Positions 36,846-50,667 of a stretch of DNA of 64,000 bases are shown here, piece by piece. Positions within the stretch are counted from its first letter, which is position 1. Each line of letters starts with the position of its first letter. Location: assembly GCF_018350175.1 (NCBI RefSeq), contig NC_058368.1, forward strand, positions 17,610,001-17,674,000. The letters are read 5' to 3'. Under the pieces are notes generated by a model. It saw only the letters and a program-made list of their open reading frames with translations. It did not search any database and was not told the DNA's origin. The position numbers and the translations under genes are program-made. Source of the stretch: Felis catus (taxonomy: Eukaryota).

Positions 36846-38256
36846 AAAATGCAAGCATCTTTTGATAATTTTTTTTTTAGACCCTAACAGGGTATGTATA
36901 TCAGCTAGAAAAATTCCTGATTCCTTTTGACCTTTGGAAATATCTACAGCAGGATGCTGAATTTACAGACCACTATGTACCTTCCCCTTTGCAAATAAAA
37001 AGAGCTAGGTAAATGTTAGCAAGGAATCAGTTTTGAACATTGATCACTTTGCAAAAAAAAAAAAATATGTACATGCAAATAGAGGTTACCTCTTGGAAAT
37101 TTCAAAGACAGGGCTCCAAATGAAGGCTAATCAATTATCTCTTACTTAGCAATTTTGATAACTTTTAGCATCAACTTAGAAATCCTTTCTATGTGTCTTT
37201 AATTTCTAATTGAAATTCACCTTCATTCCAGGACTTAAAATCATCTCAGCTGAGTGCCATATTCCAGCCAGCATCAGAGAAAACTCTATAATATATATTT
37301 TTTTAAGTACTAGTAATAGATGTGGATAGATGTGGTTACCTGAGACTGTGAAAATATTTTCTATTTAAGACACATTTTGAACTTTTTGGAAAAAAACATA
37401 TCACCAGATATCTACCAAATGCCATTATTATTAAGGCATCTTGGAAGGATTTTTTAAATAAAGTCTTCTGTTTCCCTTGGTGTTGTTAATATTAATTTAA
37501 ACTCAGTTCAGTAAAGTGTCAGTCATGATCATGTGTGAGGGGACATGTGTAAATAACACTTTATAAATAAACTGTGAAAATGTGATATTTTCCAGAGGCA
37601 GTAATGTCTCACTAAGTCTATTTTTGTTCTTGTTGGATATGGGAGTAAAAATTTTTTCAAAGTCTTGGAAAGATAGATTTTTAACCTCAGCAGATTTATT
37701 AGGGATGGCAGTCTCTCCTCAGAACACGTAGGTGAAAATGAAATGAGGCAGAGGAATAAAGGAAGCAATTTTTGGTTAATGGTGTTTCTGAGGAAATCCT
37801 TTCATGACATAGCTTCCCGTTTTGTATACCACTATTGCCAAACTGTAAAGCCTTTGTGGCCTGTTTCCATTTTAACTACATCTCCCTTTTTTAAAAAAGT
37901 TAAAGGAATTAGGTAGAAGGCTGTTGAACCAAGATTAGTTGTAGTACGAAACCAGGGGTCAATCTCGTAACAATGGCTACAGATGAGCATAAAAATGCAA
38001 AGGAAGTCCATTTTTGTGTAGACAGTAATTAAAATGTAGCTGGTGGCATTAATAGGGCCAGGGTGCGGAGCTGAGCCCACACCCTAAAGGCTTGGGGAGG
38101 CACATCCAATGTGGTTCTTGTGGCTCCCACACTTCACACATCACCCCAGTCTGCCAAGTCAGCAGTTCTGAGACACAAAAACCTCAACGTGCCTTTGCTG
38201 ATCTTAGCAGTAAAAACCCTTACTTATTTATAAGTACACTTTGTACCTCTATTTTC

Positions 38257-38495
38257 TTTTTTTTTTTAATTAAAAAAAAATTTTTTTTCAACGTTTATTT
38301 ATTTTTGGGACAGAGAGAGACAGAGCATGAACAGGGGAGGGGCAGAGAGAGAGGGAGACACAGAATCGGAAACAGGCTCCAGGCTCTGAGCCATCCATCA
38401 GCCCAGAGCCCGACGGGGGGCTCGAACTCACGGGCCGCGAGATCGTGACCTGGCTGAAGTCGGACGCTTAACCGACTGCGCCACCCAGGCGCCCC
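38257..38495 (-). mobile_element. Young SINEC_Fc
   Basis: TSD TGTACCTCTATTTTC at 38242-38256 and 38496-38510. Confidence 0.95.
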
Positions 38496-39238
38496 TGTAC
38501 CTCTATTTTCATCGGAGGATTTCAGATAGCTTTCTGGGGAAAGAGGCCTGATGAATCCTACTTTACATGATTGGGTCAAGGTCTTACCAAAAGCCATCAT
38601 CTTTTCCTGCATATTCCCAAGTTAATTTTTTCTGCCAGACAGATATGCATTGGAGAGAATTTTTCTTTAATGAGAACTCTGAGAACGAGCATCCAGGATT
38701 TGTTCTTTGCTTTTCCCCCATGGAATTTCTATTCATTCAATAAGACAAGTATAAATACTGTACAGTTATGTCAACTGAACCCTGTCGAAAATGCACTTTT
38801 TCATTTATTTCCTGAAGTGAATGTTTAATAAAATAGAGTATTTTGGGGCTGGTTCTACACAGCATATACTGAATTCATAAAATTGGTTGATACTTCTCTC
38901 TTCTTCAAGAGACTTAAATTTCAGCTAACTGGTATATATGCAAAATGTATACATGCAAATGTATATATGCAAAATACTAAATGTATATATGCAAAATAGT
39001 CCACATTTGCTCTTTTAAGGACATTGTTTCAATGACTCTGACAGTCTGAAACATATTGTGCTCTAGAATGTGTGACTTACTTTCTATGCTTTGGTAGGAG
39101 CTCCTGATCTTAAGGGAATGGTCTAGGTCTGCACAAGCTCAGTGTCAGGCACTGGGGGACAGGGAGGCAGGGGCAGTGGGAAGGGTTCAAAAGAAGTTTC
39201 TTGACAATGACAAGAAAGTGATATTAAAAAATGGATTT

Positions 39239-39422
39239 GGGAGGTGCCTGGATGGCTCAGTCCATTGAGCATCTGACTCTTGACTTCGGCTCAGGTTATG
39301 ATCCCAGGGTCGTGTGATAGAGTCCCATATCAGGCTCTGCACTGAACAGGGATCCTGCTTTGGATTCACTCTTTCTCTCCTTCTGCCCCTCTCCCCTGCT
39401 CATGCTCTCTCTCTCTCTCAAA

Positions 39423-39457
<35 letters not shown>
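39239..39457 (+). mobile_element. CanSINE (older) with (TAAA)n tail
   Basis: Diverged body, degenerate TSD. Confidence 0.9.
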
Positions 39458-40163
39458 AGGATCTGGAGCCCCCCCCCCCACATGTCTGGCCTCCTCTATT
39501 AATGAAAGATGATTACCACAGTTAATGACATTTAGTAAAATTTTATTTTGAAAATCGATTTAAAATCTATGTATTCATAAAGTAGCTGAGAAATGTGATT
39601 CTAAGGAAATAATATATTGTTGCTATATAGTTTTTTATTAATAACTTATGAAAATGGATGAATATGTCATCTCAAATAAAGATGTGTCAGTTGCAGACAC
39701 AGGGGTCTCATTATTCACCTTTGGGATTCAAGGTTTAAAAATAGAAGGCTAAAGAAACAAAGAGAAACGAAGACTTTTATCACCTTCTAAATTTAAGGCT
39801 TTGGATGATAAGGGCTCTATGTGTCACAACACAATGCAATTTCACCTCACAAAGTGCTAAAGTTAAATCGCTTTTTATTTGAGGTCTCTTAGATAGTGTG
39901 TTTCATTGTTATTCTGTTTGATTTGATCTATTTCCTGGGAGTAGGCTCAGTCCTAGAGGGGAAAATGTGCATCCATACTATGATATGAAAACTATGAACA
40001 GCCTTGCCTGGGACAAGGGATCCTAACCACCAAGTTTATGTGGCAGACATCTGTACCACTGTACAGACGAAACAAGAAAATTCCACTTTAAAAGTGTAGA
40101 TATCATCTGACAAAAGACTTTGTCTCTAACAATGGACTTCTCTCTCTAGCATGTTGGGAGAAA

Positions 40164-40181
40164 TTCTTTTCTTTTCTTTTC

Positions 40182-40245
<64 letters not shown>
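40164..40245 (+). repeat. (CTTTT)n plus long poly(T)
   Basis: Read directly from sequence. Confidence 0.95.
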
Positions 40246-40246
<1 letters not shown>

Positions 40247-41952
40247 AGTTAAGATACTGGTGTCTCATTGTGGGCTGGGAACAGGAAGATGGAGACTCTA
40301 GCAGGCAAGCCCCCACTGCACCCAAAGGAGAAAAACCACGGAGGCAAGCCAGATCTCCATTAATATTTGCTAGAATCCAGCCTACAGGAAAAAAAAAAAA
40401 AAAACCTGGGTTTTGAAAGTTTCTCTTGTGATCCAAATCAATCTTCAGCTGCCCCAGACAAAAGATGAAGGTGGGAAAAAGAAGGAAATAAAGGAAGTGG
40501 GAAGAAGCAAAGGCAAAGCATGAATTTTGAATCTTCAAGATGCTGCACACCAGCAATTGGGTGAGAATCTTCTGGAAGCTGCCATTTTCTCTCTGATTTT
40601 GGAAAGGAAGAAGAGAACAGTTTACGAGGGATCACAGTATTTTCTCCTATAAGAATGATGTAGCAGTTGCCAACTCTAAGATATTTCTGAGAAAATAATG
40701 ATGCTCATTTGCCTTAGAATCAGCAAAGCAAGGTTGAAAATTCTGACACTAAGTTCCCACACTGTGTTAGGTATATATTACAGTTCTTACATTCTTTTTA
40801 ATTTTATTTCACACAGTTTAAGCACAATGCAACTGAACATATTGTTGACTATTTAGAGCTCTCTATTTTTCTGACTCCCCATAAAACAGCAGAGTTAATG
40901 AATTTTTGCAAAGCAATTGCATTATACAGCAGAAAAAAAAATCTCTGAACTTGGAACCACAAGAGCTAGGCTTGGATGATTTTCACTTATTAGCTTTGTA
41001 ACTTTTCATATTTCATATAAACTGAGTCACCCACAATATGGAGGAAATTAGACAATATATATGAAAGCATTTCATAGACTATAAAGGGCTAAATAATTTT
41101 TTATCAATATCAAAGGTGTTTTTTTAAAAAATAGCATTAAATTGGACCTGGTATTGAGCTGAACATTTAATAAGTTAAATACATATTACAAAAGTTGGGT
41201 TCTCCCTAATTACCATGTAGCTTCCAACAGGAAAAGGGAAGGCAGTCACTGATTCTATCCTTAATCTACACTCCTTTCTTGAGTGTGGGACAACATCAGG
41301 ACCAATGCTAATCCAAGCCAATTGTCCAAGAATAATAGCAATCCCCACTTTCAAAAAACCAACTCTTTAGAATGGAAAATTACAACACATAGAATCATTT
41401 TGTTGGTGTTTTTGAGGGGGTATTTTTCCTCCACACATTACTCTGAAGAAATTGAGGTAAAAAGGTAAGGCATATGGGAAACATCACCTTTAAAACTGAA
41501 ATGAAGCTGGGAGAACACAGTCTAGTTGGAGAGCCTGATAAGTCTGCTAGCTAATTCTAATCCAGAATTAGAAACACTTACCCACCCAGTCAAAAGAGTA
41601 TTTCAGTGGGGTAGCCCTCTTACATATGACCAACTTAATTCAAATTTGACCAATAGAACAAATCACTACACCACTGCCACCTTGGGGTGAAATTAGTAAA
41701 AGGCAGAGAGGCTAGGAGTTACACTTAATTGTGTTCCCTTCACAGAAAGGAAACATCAAGAGTAGTGAAAAAAGATTCCTCATCACATTTCTCATTTTGA
41801 TCTCTTAACTCTTTGAGCTTAACTCTCAATCTCCCATGCAATCTTTCAGGACATTTCTGTTCTCATCTTTAGTTCACTTTCCCAATAACAACCACTGCTC
41901 CTCCAATAATAAAATTTATAGGCCTACCTCAGCAACAAATCCAACAACACTG

Positions 41953-42308
41953 GTGTACTGGTTGGCTAGCCTTGCCGTAACAAAGTACCACAGACCTTGA
42001 ACAGAAATTTGTTTTCTCACAATCGTGGAGGCTGGAAGTCTGAGATCAAGTATTATCAGGGTTGGTTTCTCTAAGGTCTCTCTCTGACTTGCAGATGGTC
42101 TTCTCCATCTCCACATGCTTTCCTTGTGTACCTCTCTGTATTCTTATCTCGTCTTTTTAGAAGAACATTGGTCTGATTGCATTGGGCCCTCATCAAAGTA
42201 ACAGTCTTCTTAAGGGCTCTATATCTAAATATAGTCACATTCTGAGGTACCTGAGAGTTAGGGCTGCATCATGTGAATTTGGGGAGGGACACAATTCAAC
42301 CCACAACA
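41953..42308 (-). mobile_element. MLT1 (MaLR) solo LTR
   Basis: taacaaagtaccacagac...ggaggctggaagtctgagatcaag...gacacaattcaacccacaaca; flanks ACTGG/ACTGA. Confidence 0.85.
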
Positions 42309-42633
42309 ACTGAGATACTCTGGATTTTAACATAACCCTTCTTTTAATTTCAAATTTCCGAGAAGAATTAAATGCTAAATCCCACTGCAGATTACAGTCC
42401 AAAATTAAATTATCTTACCCTGTGGACTTACAAATTTGAAGTCCAGAGTTCTTGGTAAATTAAAACCAAGGACTGTCCTCTTTCATGCTTTATTCTGCTT
42501 AGTCACAGGATTTGGAATTCTGGGTGCCCCAGGAGCGTTGGGGCTTATGCAGCAGCTGCAGCCTGGGCTTTCTCCAAATGGTATGTGTTCTGTTTCTTTA
42601 GGGCCTTGGAAATTATAACATCAAGATTCTCAT

Positions 42634-42734
42634 CTCCTCCTCCTCCTCCTCCTCCTCCTCCTCCTCTGCCTCCTCCTCCTCACCCTTCTTCTTCTTCTTC
42701 TTCTTCTTCTTCTTCTTCTTCTTCTTCTTCTTCT
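42634..42734 (+). repeat. Compound (TCC)n(TTC)n microsatellite
   Basis: About 100-bp almost pure pyrimidine strand, read directly. Confidence 0.95.
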
Positions 42735-42802
42735 AAATAGAGTCTAAAAGTTAATAGGATGTGTGAGTTTATCAGGTCTTACACCTATCAAATTAAAAAA
42801 AA

Positions 42803-42937
42803 ATTTTTTCAATGTTAATTTATTTTTGAGACAAAGAGAGACAGAGCATGAGCAGGGAAGGGGCAGAGAGAGAGGGAGACACAGAATCCGAAGCAGACTC
42901 CAGGATTGGAGCTGTCAGCACAGAGCCCGATGTGGGC
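42803..42937 (-). mobile_element. CanSINE 3' half
   Basis: Body ends abruptly at cccgatgtgggct. Confidence 0.9.
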
Positions 42938-43605
42938 TAAGGCCATAGCAGACACTCAACAGTACCTGAGAGGTAGGGGAAAAAAAACATAAAAACAAAC
43001 AAACAAACAAACAACAACAACAACAACAAAAACCAAATGCATCCTTGGTTTCAGCTTTGTTGGGATGCCAGGCAATGCCAGTTTTGTGTAATCCACAATC
43101 TGCAAGACAAATAAATTGGGGGAAATCTCCAAGCAAGAGGCTGAACTTGGCATCATGAATACAGCCTTCACAATGTCTATAGCTCAGTCCACCTGCAGGC
43201 TCATACATACGTGCCTTTGCTGAGGCTCAGACCCTTTACTTAAGACCCAGTGCGTACCTCCATAAAAACTTCTACTTGCCCACAAAGTCACCACAAACTG
43301 CAGTTAACGGTCAAATGGCAAAAAACTGTGATGCCTAAACTCAAGAAGTTAAATGCCAGCCCAGTATAAGCCATGACATGCCAGCAGTGTCTGAACTTCC
43401 TGCCCACACACCATAGTCCAGAAGCCCAAATCCACCTATTGTGGTACTACCCAAACCTCACCAGGTGCATACTTTTCCCCACAAATTCCCTGAAAAAGTA
43501 AACTCACTCAACATTTATCTATCCATATCATTGCCCAATAGTTGGGCAATTTTTTATTCAAAACTTACAGAAAGGTTACAAGAATAATACAAAAAAACTC
43601 TCATT

Positions 43606-43825
43606 GGGGCGCCTGGGTGGCGCAGTTGGTTAAGTGTCTGACTTCAGCCAGGTCACGATCTCGCGGTCCGTGAGTTTGAGCCCCTCGTCAGGCTCTGGGC
43701 TGATGGCTCAGAGCCTGGAGCCTGTTTCCGATTCTGTGTCTCCCTCTCTCTCTGCCCCTCCCCCGTTCATGCTCTGTCTCTCTCTGTCCCAAAAATAAAT
43801 AAAAAAACGTTGAAAAAAAAATAAA
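43606..43825 (+). mobile_element. Young SINEC_Fc
   Basis: TSD AAAAAAACTCTCATT. Confidence 0.95.
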
Positions 43826-44295
43826 AAAAAAACTCTCATTGAGTATTTGTGTCTATTAAATATGAGATACATAATGTTGGTAAATATATACATATATATG
43901 TGTGTGTATATATATATAAAATTGATATCTATGTAAATGTATCATGCACACACACACATATATGTCAGATTCGCCAGTGTATTTATTTTGCCACATTTAT
44001 TCCATAATTCTGTGTATGTGTCTGTGGGTGTATACATTTATTTTTATCTGAACCAATTTAGAATAAGTGGAAACGTCACATCCTTTTACCCATAAAAATA
44101 GTCGTTAAGTCAAGAAATCTAACATTGATAAAATTATATTATCTAGCTTAAGTCTATATTCGACTTTTATCAATTTGCCCTTTATAGGTTTTATTCCCCT
44201 GGCTCAGAATTAAATTTCAGGCCATAAATGTCTCCTTAACATCTCTCAATCTGAAAGCCTTCCTTGGTTTTTTATTGTCTTTTTGCCTTTAATAT

Positions 44296-44509
44296 AAAAA
44301 AAAAATTTTTTTTTAATGTTTATTTATTTCTGAGACAGAGAGAGACAGAGCATGAGTCGGGGGGGTGGGGGGAGACACAGAATCGGAAGCAGGCTCCAGG
44401 CTCTGAGCTGTCAGCACAGAGCCCGACACGGGGCTCGAACTCACAGACTGTGAGATCATGACCTGAGCCGAAGCCGGACGCTCAACCGACTGAGCCACCC
44501 AGGCGCCCC
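44296..44509 (-). mobile_element. CanSINE
   Basis: TSD CCTTTAATAT. Confidence 0.95.
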
Positions 44510-46068
44510 TCCTTTAATATTTTTGAAGAGTCCCAACCAGTTATTTTGCAGAATGTCTCTCATTTGGGATTTATCTGATGTTTCTTATGATTAGATCCAG
44601 ATTTTTAGCAGGAACACCCCTAAAATGATGCTGTGTGCTTGTCAGAGTATTTTATTAGAAAGCACATGATCACGATATTGGAAGTTAATTCCTCTTAGTA
44701 TTGGTGATATTAAGTTTAATAACTTGTTTAAGATAGTAATCAGAAGGTTTATCTTGTAGAATTACTATTTTCCCCTTTGTAATCAGTAAGTAAGTTATGA
44801 GATACTTTGTGACTGTGCATGTATCAAGGTAATTGTGGAACTTTCACTCCCTAGTTTTGGTATCTATTGAAGATTTTCTATTTTACTTTCCATTTTTCTT
44901 TCTATTTTCATTAGTTGGCATTTAATTGCCAGGTAGAGTTTTTGCCTTCTCTGAATTTATATATTGACATCTATATAAATTCATGAACATTTGTTTTATT
45001 CATTGGATTATAATTCATTCCTATAATTATTTATATTGATGATCAAATTGACCCAGTGTAAACCTCTTCAAACTGGCTTCTATGTCCTTTTGATATAAGT
45101 CTGAAAATTCCCTTACTTTTTGTGCAATAAGACGTTACAAATTTATTTTATACTGACTATGCTCTGGAATTGGCCATTTCTCCAAGATCAGGTCCCTTTT
45201 AATAGGAAATGGTATATAAAAACCAATACATGGGCACTAGATATGCTTATTCCTATTGATATTTCATTGCCTCTAGCACTCTAATCTGATAGACCCGAGT
45301 AATATATGTTATATGAAACATGTTTTATTTTTATATATGATCACATATATCTATCTATCCATCTATCTATCATCTATCATATCTATCTTAAAATCATTAG
45401 TTCATACTGATCTAATTCCAATCCAACAACACAGGATGCTTCCATATTTATATGTGTCCAGCGTGAGAAATCTGGCTTCCATTATCCTCGAGATATTTAT
45501 TCATTGACTTAAACCCAGAATACCTACAAGGCAGTTTCAGAATTACAAAGACTAGGATAAGCAAAACTACTAAGTAGAGGTTATATGTGTTTACAGTGTT
45601 TTTAGATAAAATACACAAATCAGTATTTTGTTTTTATATTCTGTATTTTCCCACCCAAATTAAAACTGTTGTTTTTTTTTTAAAGGATATCAATTAATGA
45701 TATATCTTTCTGCCCCAATTCTGATTAAATTGGGAAACAAAGAGTAAGCCAGACAGAAGATCAAAATGAGAAAGTAGCTTAGTGACCGAGTCAAACGGGC
45801 TTGCCTAACGACCCCAGAAGTCCGCACATCTCCTCACCCAACCAGCGCCCTGCTGGGGCAGTCTTGATGTCTCTCCCACAACGTCTTCTGCAACCTTAAA
45901 GGAGAGAACCTGTTCCGGGAGGAGCAGAGAAGAATGCCTACGGTCCAATGTCATTTTATCCCCAAAGGAAGGCTACCAACGTTCCCTGGTTCTACCATTT
46001 AGTCTCCCCAATTCTACCATTGGGTATATCCCGCGGCTCCACCCTCCATCTTAAGTTGGGATGGGCAA

Positions 46069-46262
46069 GGGGCGCCTGGGTGGCTCAAACGCCAGACTTC
46101 AGTTCATGTTATGGTCTCATGGTTTGTGGGTTCAAGCCCCGCATTGGGCTCTGTGCTGATAACTCAGAGCCTGGAGCCTGCTTCTGATTCTTTGTCTCCC
46201 TCTCTCTCTGCCCCTCCCCCACTCGTGCTCTCTCTCTCTCAAAAATAAACAAACATTTAAAA
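46069..46262 (+). mobile_element. CanSINE
   Basis: Degenerate TSD GTTGGG(A/G)TG(G/A)GCAA. Confidence 0.92.
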
Positions 46263-46679
46263 AATGTTGGGGTGAGCAAAGGGGCAGAGGGAAACTGGAG
46301 ATTATATGAACATCCTTCACAGAAAGGAAACATCAAACACTAGGAAAAAAAAGTGTCCCCTCCTTCAACATTTTAATGTTGTATTTATTTTGGAATTTTA
46401 TGTATTTGATTTTTTTTTTCAAATTACAATGGGAATCTATGCTATTTACAATAAGTGAAACAATATAATACAATATTTTATACAAAACAAAAATGATCAT
46501 TGCCACCTCCTTACATATTACAGCCTTCTCTTTGCAACCTTCCAATATACAGATCGCTTTAAGCATTCTAATTATCTTTTTAAAAAAAAATACTTTCTTA
46601 AAAAAAATATTTTCTTTATTTTGTGACTAATGCTTCTTCCATCCCTAGGCAGCAAATGTAGGCTCCTTGATTTTCTTGC

Positions 46680-47200
46680 AAGGAACAACAATTACTATCT
46701 CAGTCTCTGTAGATCAGGAATCCAGGCACAGTTTAACTGGGTCCCCAGGGTCAGGAATTCTCACAAGCTGCAATCAAGGTGTTGGCCTTGGCTGCTGCCA
46801 TCTCAGGGCCCAAGTGGGGAAGGATCCACTTGTGAGCTCACTCAAGTAGTTATTAGCAAGAATCAGATCTTTGCAGGCTCTTCCCTGGTTGTTGGCTCGA
46901 GGCCTCCCTCTGCTCCTTGCTATATGGGCCTCTCCACAGGGTGGCTTCCCTCCTATGGCAGCTAGCTTCATCAGAGGAGGGCAGCAAGAAGAACCAGAAA
47001 GAGGAAGAGAGTGCTAGCAAGACAGAAATCCCCATCTTTGCAACATAATCTTGTCAGTGACAGCCCAATATGTCTACTACATTCTTTTCATTCAGAGCAA
47101 GTCTGTAGGGCCAGCCTATACTGATGAGAAGATTGCATGAGGCATAAATTCCAGAAGCAGGAATCATTGGAGGCCATCTCAGTAATCTGTCTATGCTGTA
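46680..47200 (-). mobile_element. MLT1 (MaLR) LTR
   Basis: tctgtagatcaggaatccaggcacagtttaactgggtcc...agcaggaatcattggaggccatct. Confidence 0.8.
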
Positions 47201-47382
47201 CAGTGGTAATAATACCAGACAACCTTGACTGCCTCTTGCCTTTAAGGCTTGGCCATTCAGAAAAGTATTTGTTGTATTACATAAATAGGGTTTATCTAGT
47301 CCCATATAACTTAGAGAAAATCGAGAATACCTACCTACTTTGTTTCATCACATTTTCCACATCTACTCATCTAATTATGAAG

Positions 47383-47571
47383 CTTTTTTTTTTCTTTTTT
47401 TGTAGAGAGAGAGTGTGAGAAGGGGAGAGAGGCAGAGTGAGAGAGAGAATCTCAAGTGGGCTCCAAGCTTAGTGTGGAACCCAATGGGGTTTGATTCCAG
47501 GACCTTGGGATTATGACCTGAGCTGAAACCAAGAATCCAACACTCAACCGACTGAGCCACCCAGGCGCCCC
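47383..47571 (-). mobile_element. CanSINE (older)
   Basis: Diverged body, head on minus. Confidence 0.9.
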
Positions 47572-47639
47572 AAACCTTCTTTCATTTTAATTAATTGAAT
47601 TAGGTTGACAGATTTTTTGGCAAAAATATACTCTCCTGG

Positions 47640-48100
47640 GTCAGAATGTCTTAGTGTTTTGATACACTGTTGCATTTTATTTGCCAATATTTTATTTACA
47701 TTTTTTCACCTATATTTAGTACAGATGATTGTTTACAGCTTTCTTTTATGTACTATCATTATAAAATTATGGTATTAAACCAGGGCTGGATTTATGAAAG
47801 AAACTATTGAGTTTTCCATATTTTTCTGGGGTCAAAAATACTCTAAGAAATAATGGAATCACCTGTTTTTTTTAATGGTTAGATAAAATTCAGTGGTGAG
47901 CCCATCTGGTGCCAGCGCCTTTTTAATGGAAGTTTTTTGCTCACCTTTTCAATCTCTTTTACGGTATTTGGTTTAACCACTTTTTTAATGTCTTAATTTA
48001 ATTTGGGTATTTATATTTTGTCACAAAATCTCCTATTTTTTTTGACATTTTTAAAATGTGTTGCCTTGGAGTTGCAGGATTGTTTTCTAATCCCTATCCC
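47640..48100 (-). mobile_element. Old L1 ORF2 fragment
   Basis: atttgccaatattttattt, aaattcagtggtgagcccatctggt. Confidence 0.65.
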
Positions 48101-48314
48101 TCCAAATTATCATATTCCTATTTGTTTTTCCATTTCTTCTAATGCAACCATATTAGGCAGGCATCTAGCCTGAGTCATTTGGGGAATGAAGTAATGGAAA
48201 ACATATACACATGTGCATAGGTGCCTACATGCGTTCATGAATCAGCTGTAACACCCTGGTCCATGGCACTGGGGGCACCGGCAATTATTAAATGAATGAA
48301 TCACCTCATGCCTA

Positions 48315-48670
48315 CTGCACTAGCCAGTCAGGCTGCCATGATGAAATACAGTAGATTGGGTGGCTTGAACAGTAGGAGTTCATTTCTCACAGTTCTGGAG
48401 GCTGAGACGGCCAAGATCAAAGTGTCAGCTAATTCAGTTACCTGGTGAGAGCTTTCTTCCTGCCTTACAGATGGCCATCTTCTTGCTGGGTCCTCACACG
48501 GCAGAGAGGGCAAGCTCTCTGATCACTCTTTTTATAAGAGCATTACTCCTATCATGAAGCCTCAATACCCTTATGACCTCATCTGAACCTAATTTCTGCG
48601 CAAAGACCCCGTCTCCAATACCATTACATTAGGGTAATGAATTTGAGGGGGACACAGTTCAATCCATCGA
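48315..48670 (-). mobile_element. MLT1/MST (MaLR) LTR
   Basis: tctcacagttctggaggctgag...atgaatttgagggggacacagttcaatccat. Confidence 0.85.
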
Positions 48671-48698
48671 GCCTGCTACGGCAATACTATACCCACGT

Positions 48699-49148
48699 TG
48701 TGTGTTTAACTGTGTCCCCCAAATAGACGTGTTCAAGTCCTAACCCCTGATACTTGTGAATGTGACTTTATTTGGAAATAGGATCTTTGGCGATATAATT
48801 AAGGTAAATGAGGTCATAGGAAATCAGAGCGGTCTCCAGCCCAATGCCTGGTGACTTTATAAGAAATGGAAATTTGGGTACAGACGCAGAAAACACCATA
48901 TGATCACAGATGTTAGAGACTGGAGTGATGCATTTGCAAGCCAAGGAATGCCAAGGATTGCCAGTTACTGCCAGGGTGGGAGAGAGGCATGTAAGAGATG
49001 CTCCTTCAGGGTATCCATGAGGAAACAACTCTGTCAGCACCTTGACTTTGGACTTGGAGCCTCAAGAACTGTGAGACAATAAATTTGTATTCTTGTAAAC
49101 CACATGGTTGTTGGTACTTTGTTATGGCAGCCTTGGGAAAGTAATACG
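48699..49148 (+). mobile_element. MLT1 (MaLR) LTR
   Basis: aagtcctaacccc...gtgactttatttggaaatagg...gaactgtgagacaataaattt...ggcagccttgggaaagtaatac. Confidence 0.88.
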
Positions 49149-50267
49149 CCTCACGTCTGTTGTCTTTGATCCTGGCTGTTTCATCCTTGAACCATTCAGC
49201 TTAATTCTGACAGAAAAACCTCCTTAAATATCGCTCACATTAGGTCACTTCTTTATTCAAAAAACTGATCAGTGGTAGACTATTTCCTCCGGTTATCACT
49301 AAACGCTGTTTATCTCATTTTCAGGTTCCAAAACAATTATATACATTGTTCATCTTTTTCTCTTTTTCATCCAGTGGAACTCTCTATCGTCCAGAAACAC
49401 TCCACATGCCCTCCTGCTTCCAGGGTTTGTTCCCTTCATGAGTCTCTACCATCCTTTGGTGTAAATCTCACACATTCTTTAAGGTCAAAATCAAAATGCA
49501 CATCGAGCTTTTCATTCTTTACGCCAACACTTCTTATCTCCCTCTACTCTGAGTTTATAGAAAAGTTGGAGCCTGTATCACAAGATTTTGCTCCTTTGTA
49601 CATATCAATTGCTTTATCTGTGCTTATCATGATGACTACTCTTTGAGGGAAACACCATTTCATACTTCTGAAACTCCCTTAGGCCCAGAGCAGCGATAAG
49701 ATATGCAAGAAAGACTTTCTAATTAATTTGCACCCACTACATGCATACTAATTGTGCCCACTGCATGCAAAATAAACCCTGCATTTAAACATACATACGT
49801 AAATTCTGGCCAAAAATCATACTGTTCTGACCTACTCCATTAATCGTACTTCTGACCTAAAGTTTTTCCCACTTTCAGGAGACTAAGAAGCAAAGAAGCT
49901 TCATTTATTCAAGATGCAAAATAGGATCTAGGGCATGAGGATGATCCAACAGGTCATTTTGCAAGTGCTCTGGTTGAGCCATAGTGCTTTTTTTTTTTTT
50001 TTATTTCAACACAATAATCCACTATAGCGAGACAGCATGATAAGGAAACAGAATTTCTCTTCTGTCATCCACAGGAGTCATTTATTGGTCACTTTTGTCC
50101 TGAGAGCCTCCTCATGGGAGAATTGAACTATCTGCCTGCCCCAGTCTCTGTCTTTGACAATAGTCACTCATTATCTGGAAGAGTGCTCAGCGTCTAGACT
50201 TTCCCTTTGCCTCTCCCATTGACAGTCCAGTTACCGGCAGCCTCAAGTGACCCCCCAACTGCCTGCC

Positions 50268-50454
50268 TATCTTAGTCTGTTCTGGTTGCTATAACAGAAA
50301 CCCATAGACTGTGTGGCTTAAACAACAGAAATTAACTTCCCATGGTTCTAGAGGCTGGGAAGTCCGAGATCAAGGTCCTGGCAGCTTCGATTCTTGGTGA
50401 GGGCCCTGTCTCTAGTTTACAGACAGAGCCCTTCTCCCTGTATCTGCACATAAT

Positions 50455-50493
<39 letters not shown>

Positions 50494-50667
50494 GCATCCT
50501 TTCTCATGTCTCTTTTTTTAAGGGCATCAGTGCCTTCGTGAGGGCTCCGCTCCCATGATGTAATTACCTCCTGGAGGCCCCACCTCCGAAAACCATCCCA
50601 TTGGGATTAGGGTTTCACTGCATGAATTTGGAGGGAGAGGGGAACACACCCATTCAGTCCATAGCAC
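50268..50667 (-). mobile_element. MLT1A/MST (MaLR) LTR with (GA)n
   Basis: tcttagtctgttctggttgctataac...cattcagtccatagca. Confidence 0.88.

Larger units (their letters stand above)
43550..45600 (-). mobile_element. Old L1 (L1MC-like) 3' region
   Basis: aaacttacagaaaggttacaagaataatacaaa..., cagttattttgcagaatgtc, ggaattggccatttctccaag; hosts two SINEs. Confidence 0.8.

Noticed and set aside
38931..38997. Three imperfect copies of GTATATATGCAAAAT
   Set aside because: Ordinary short slippage duplication
43530..43550. Hairpin ATTGCCCAA-TAG-TTGGGCAAT at an L1 tail junction
   Set aside because: A 9-bp stem is within chance expectation for 64 kb
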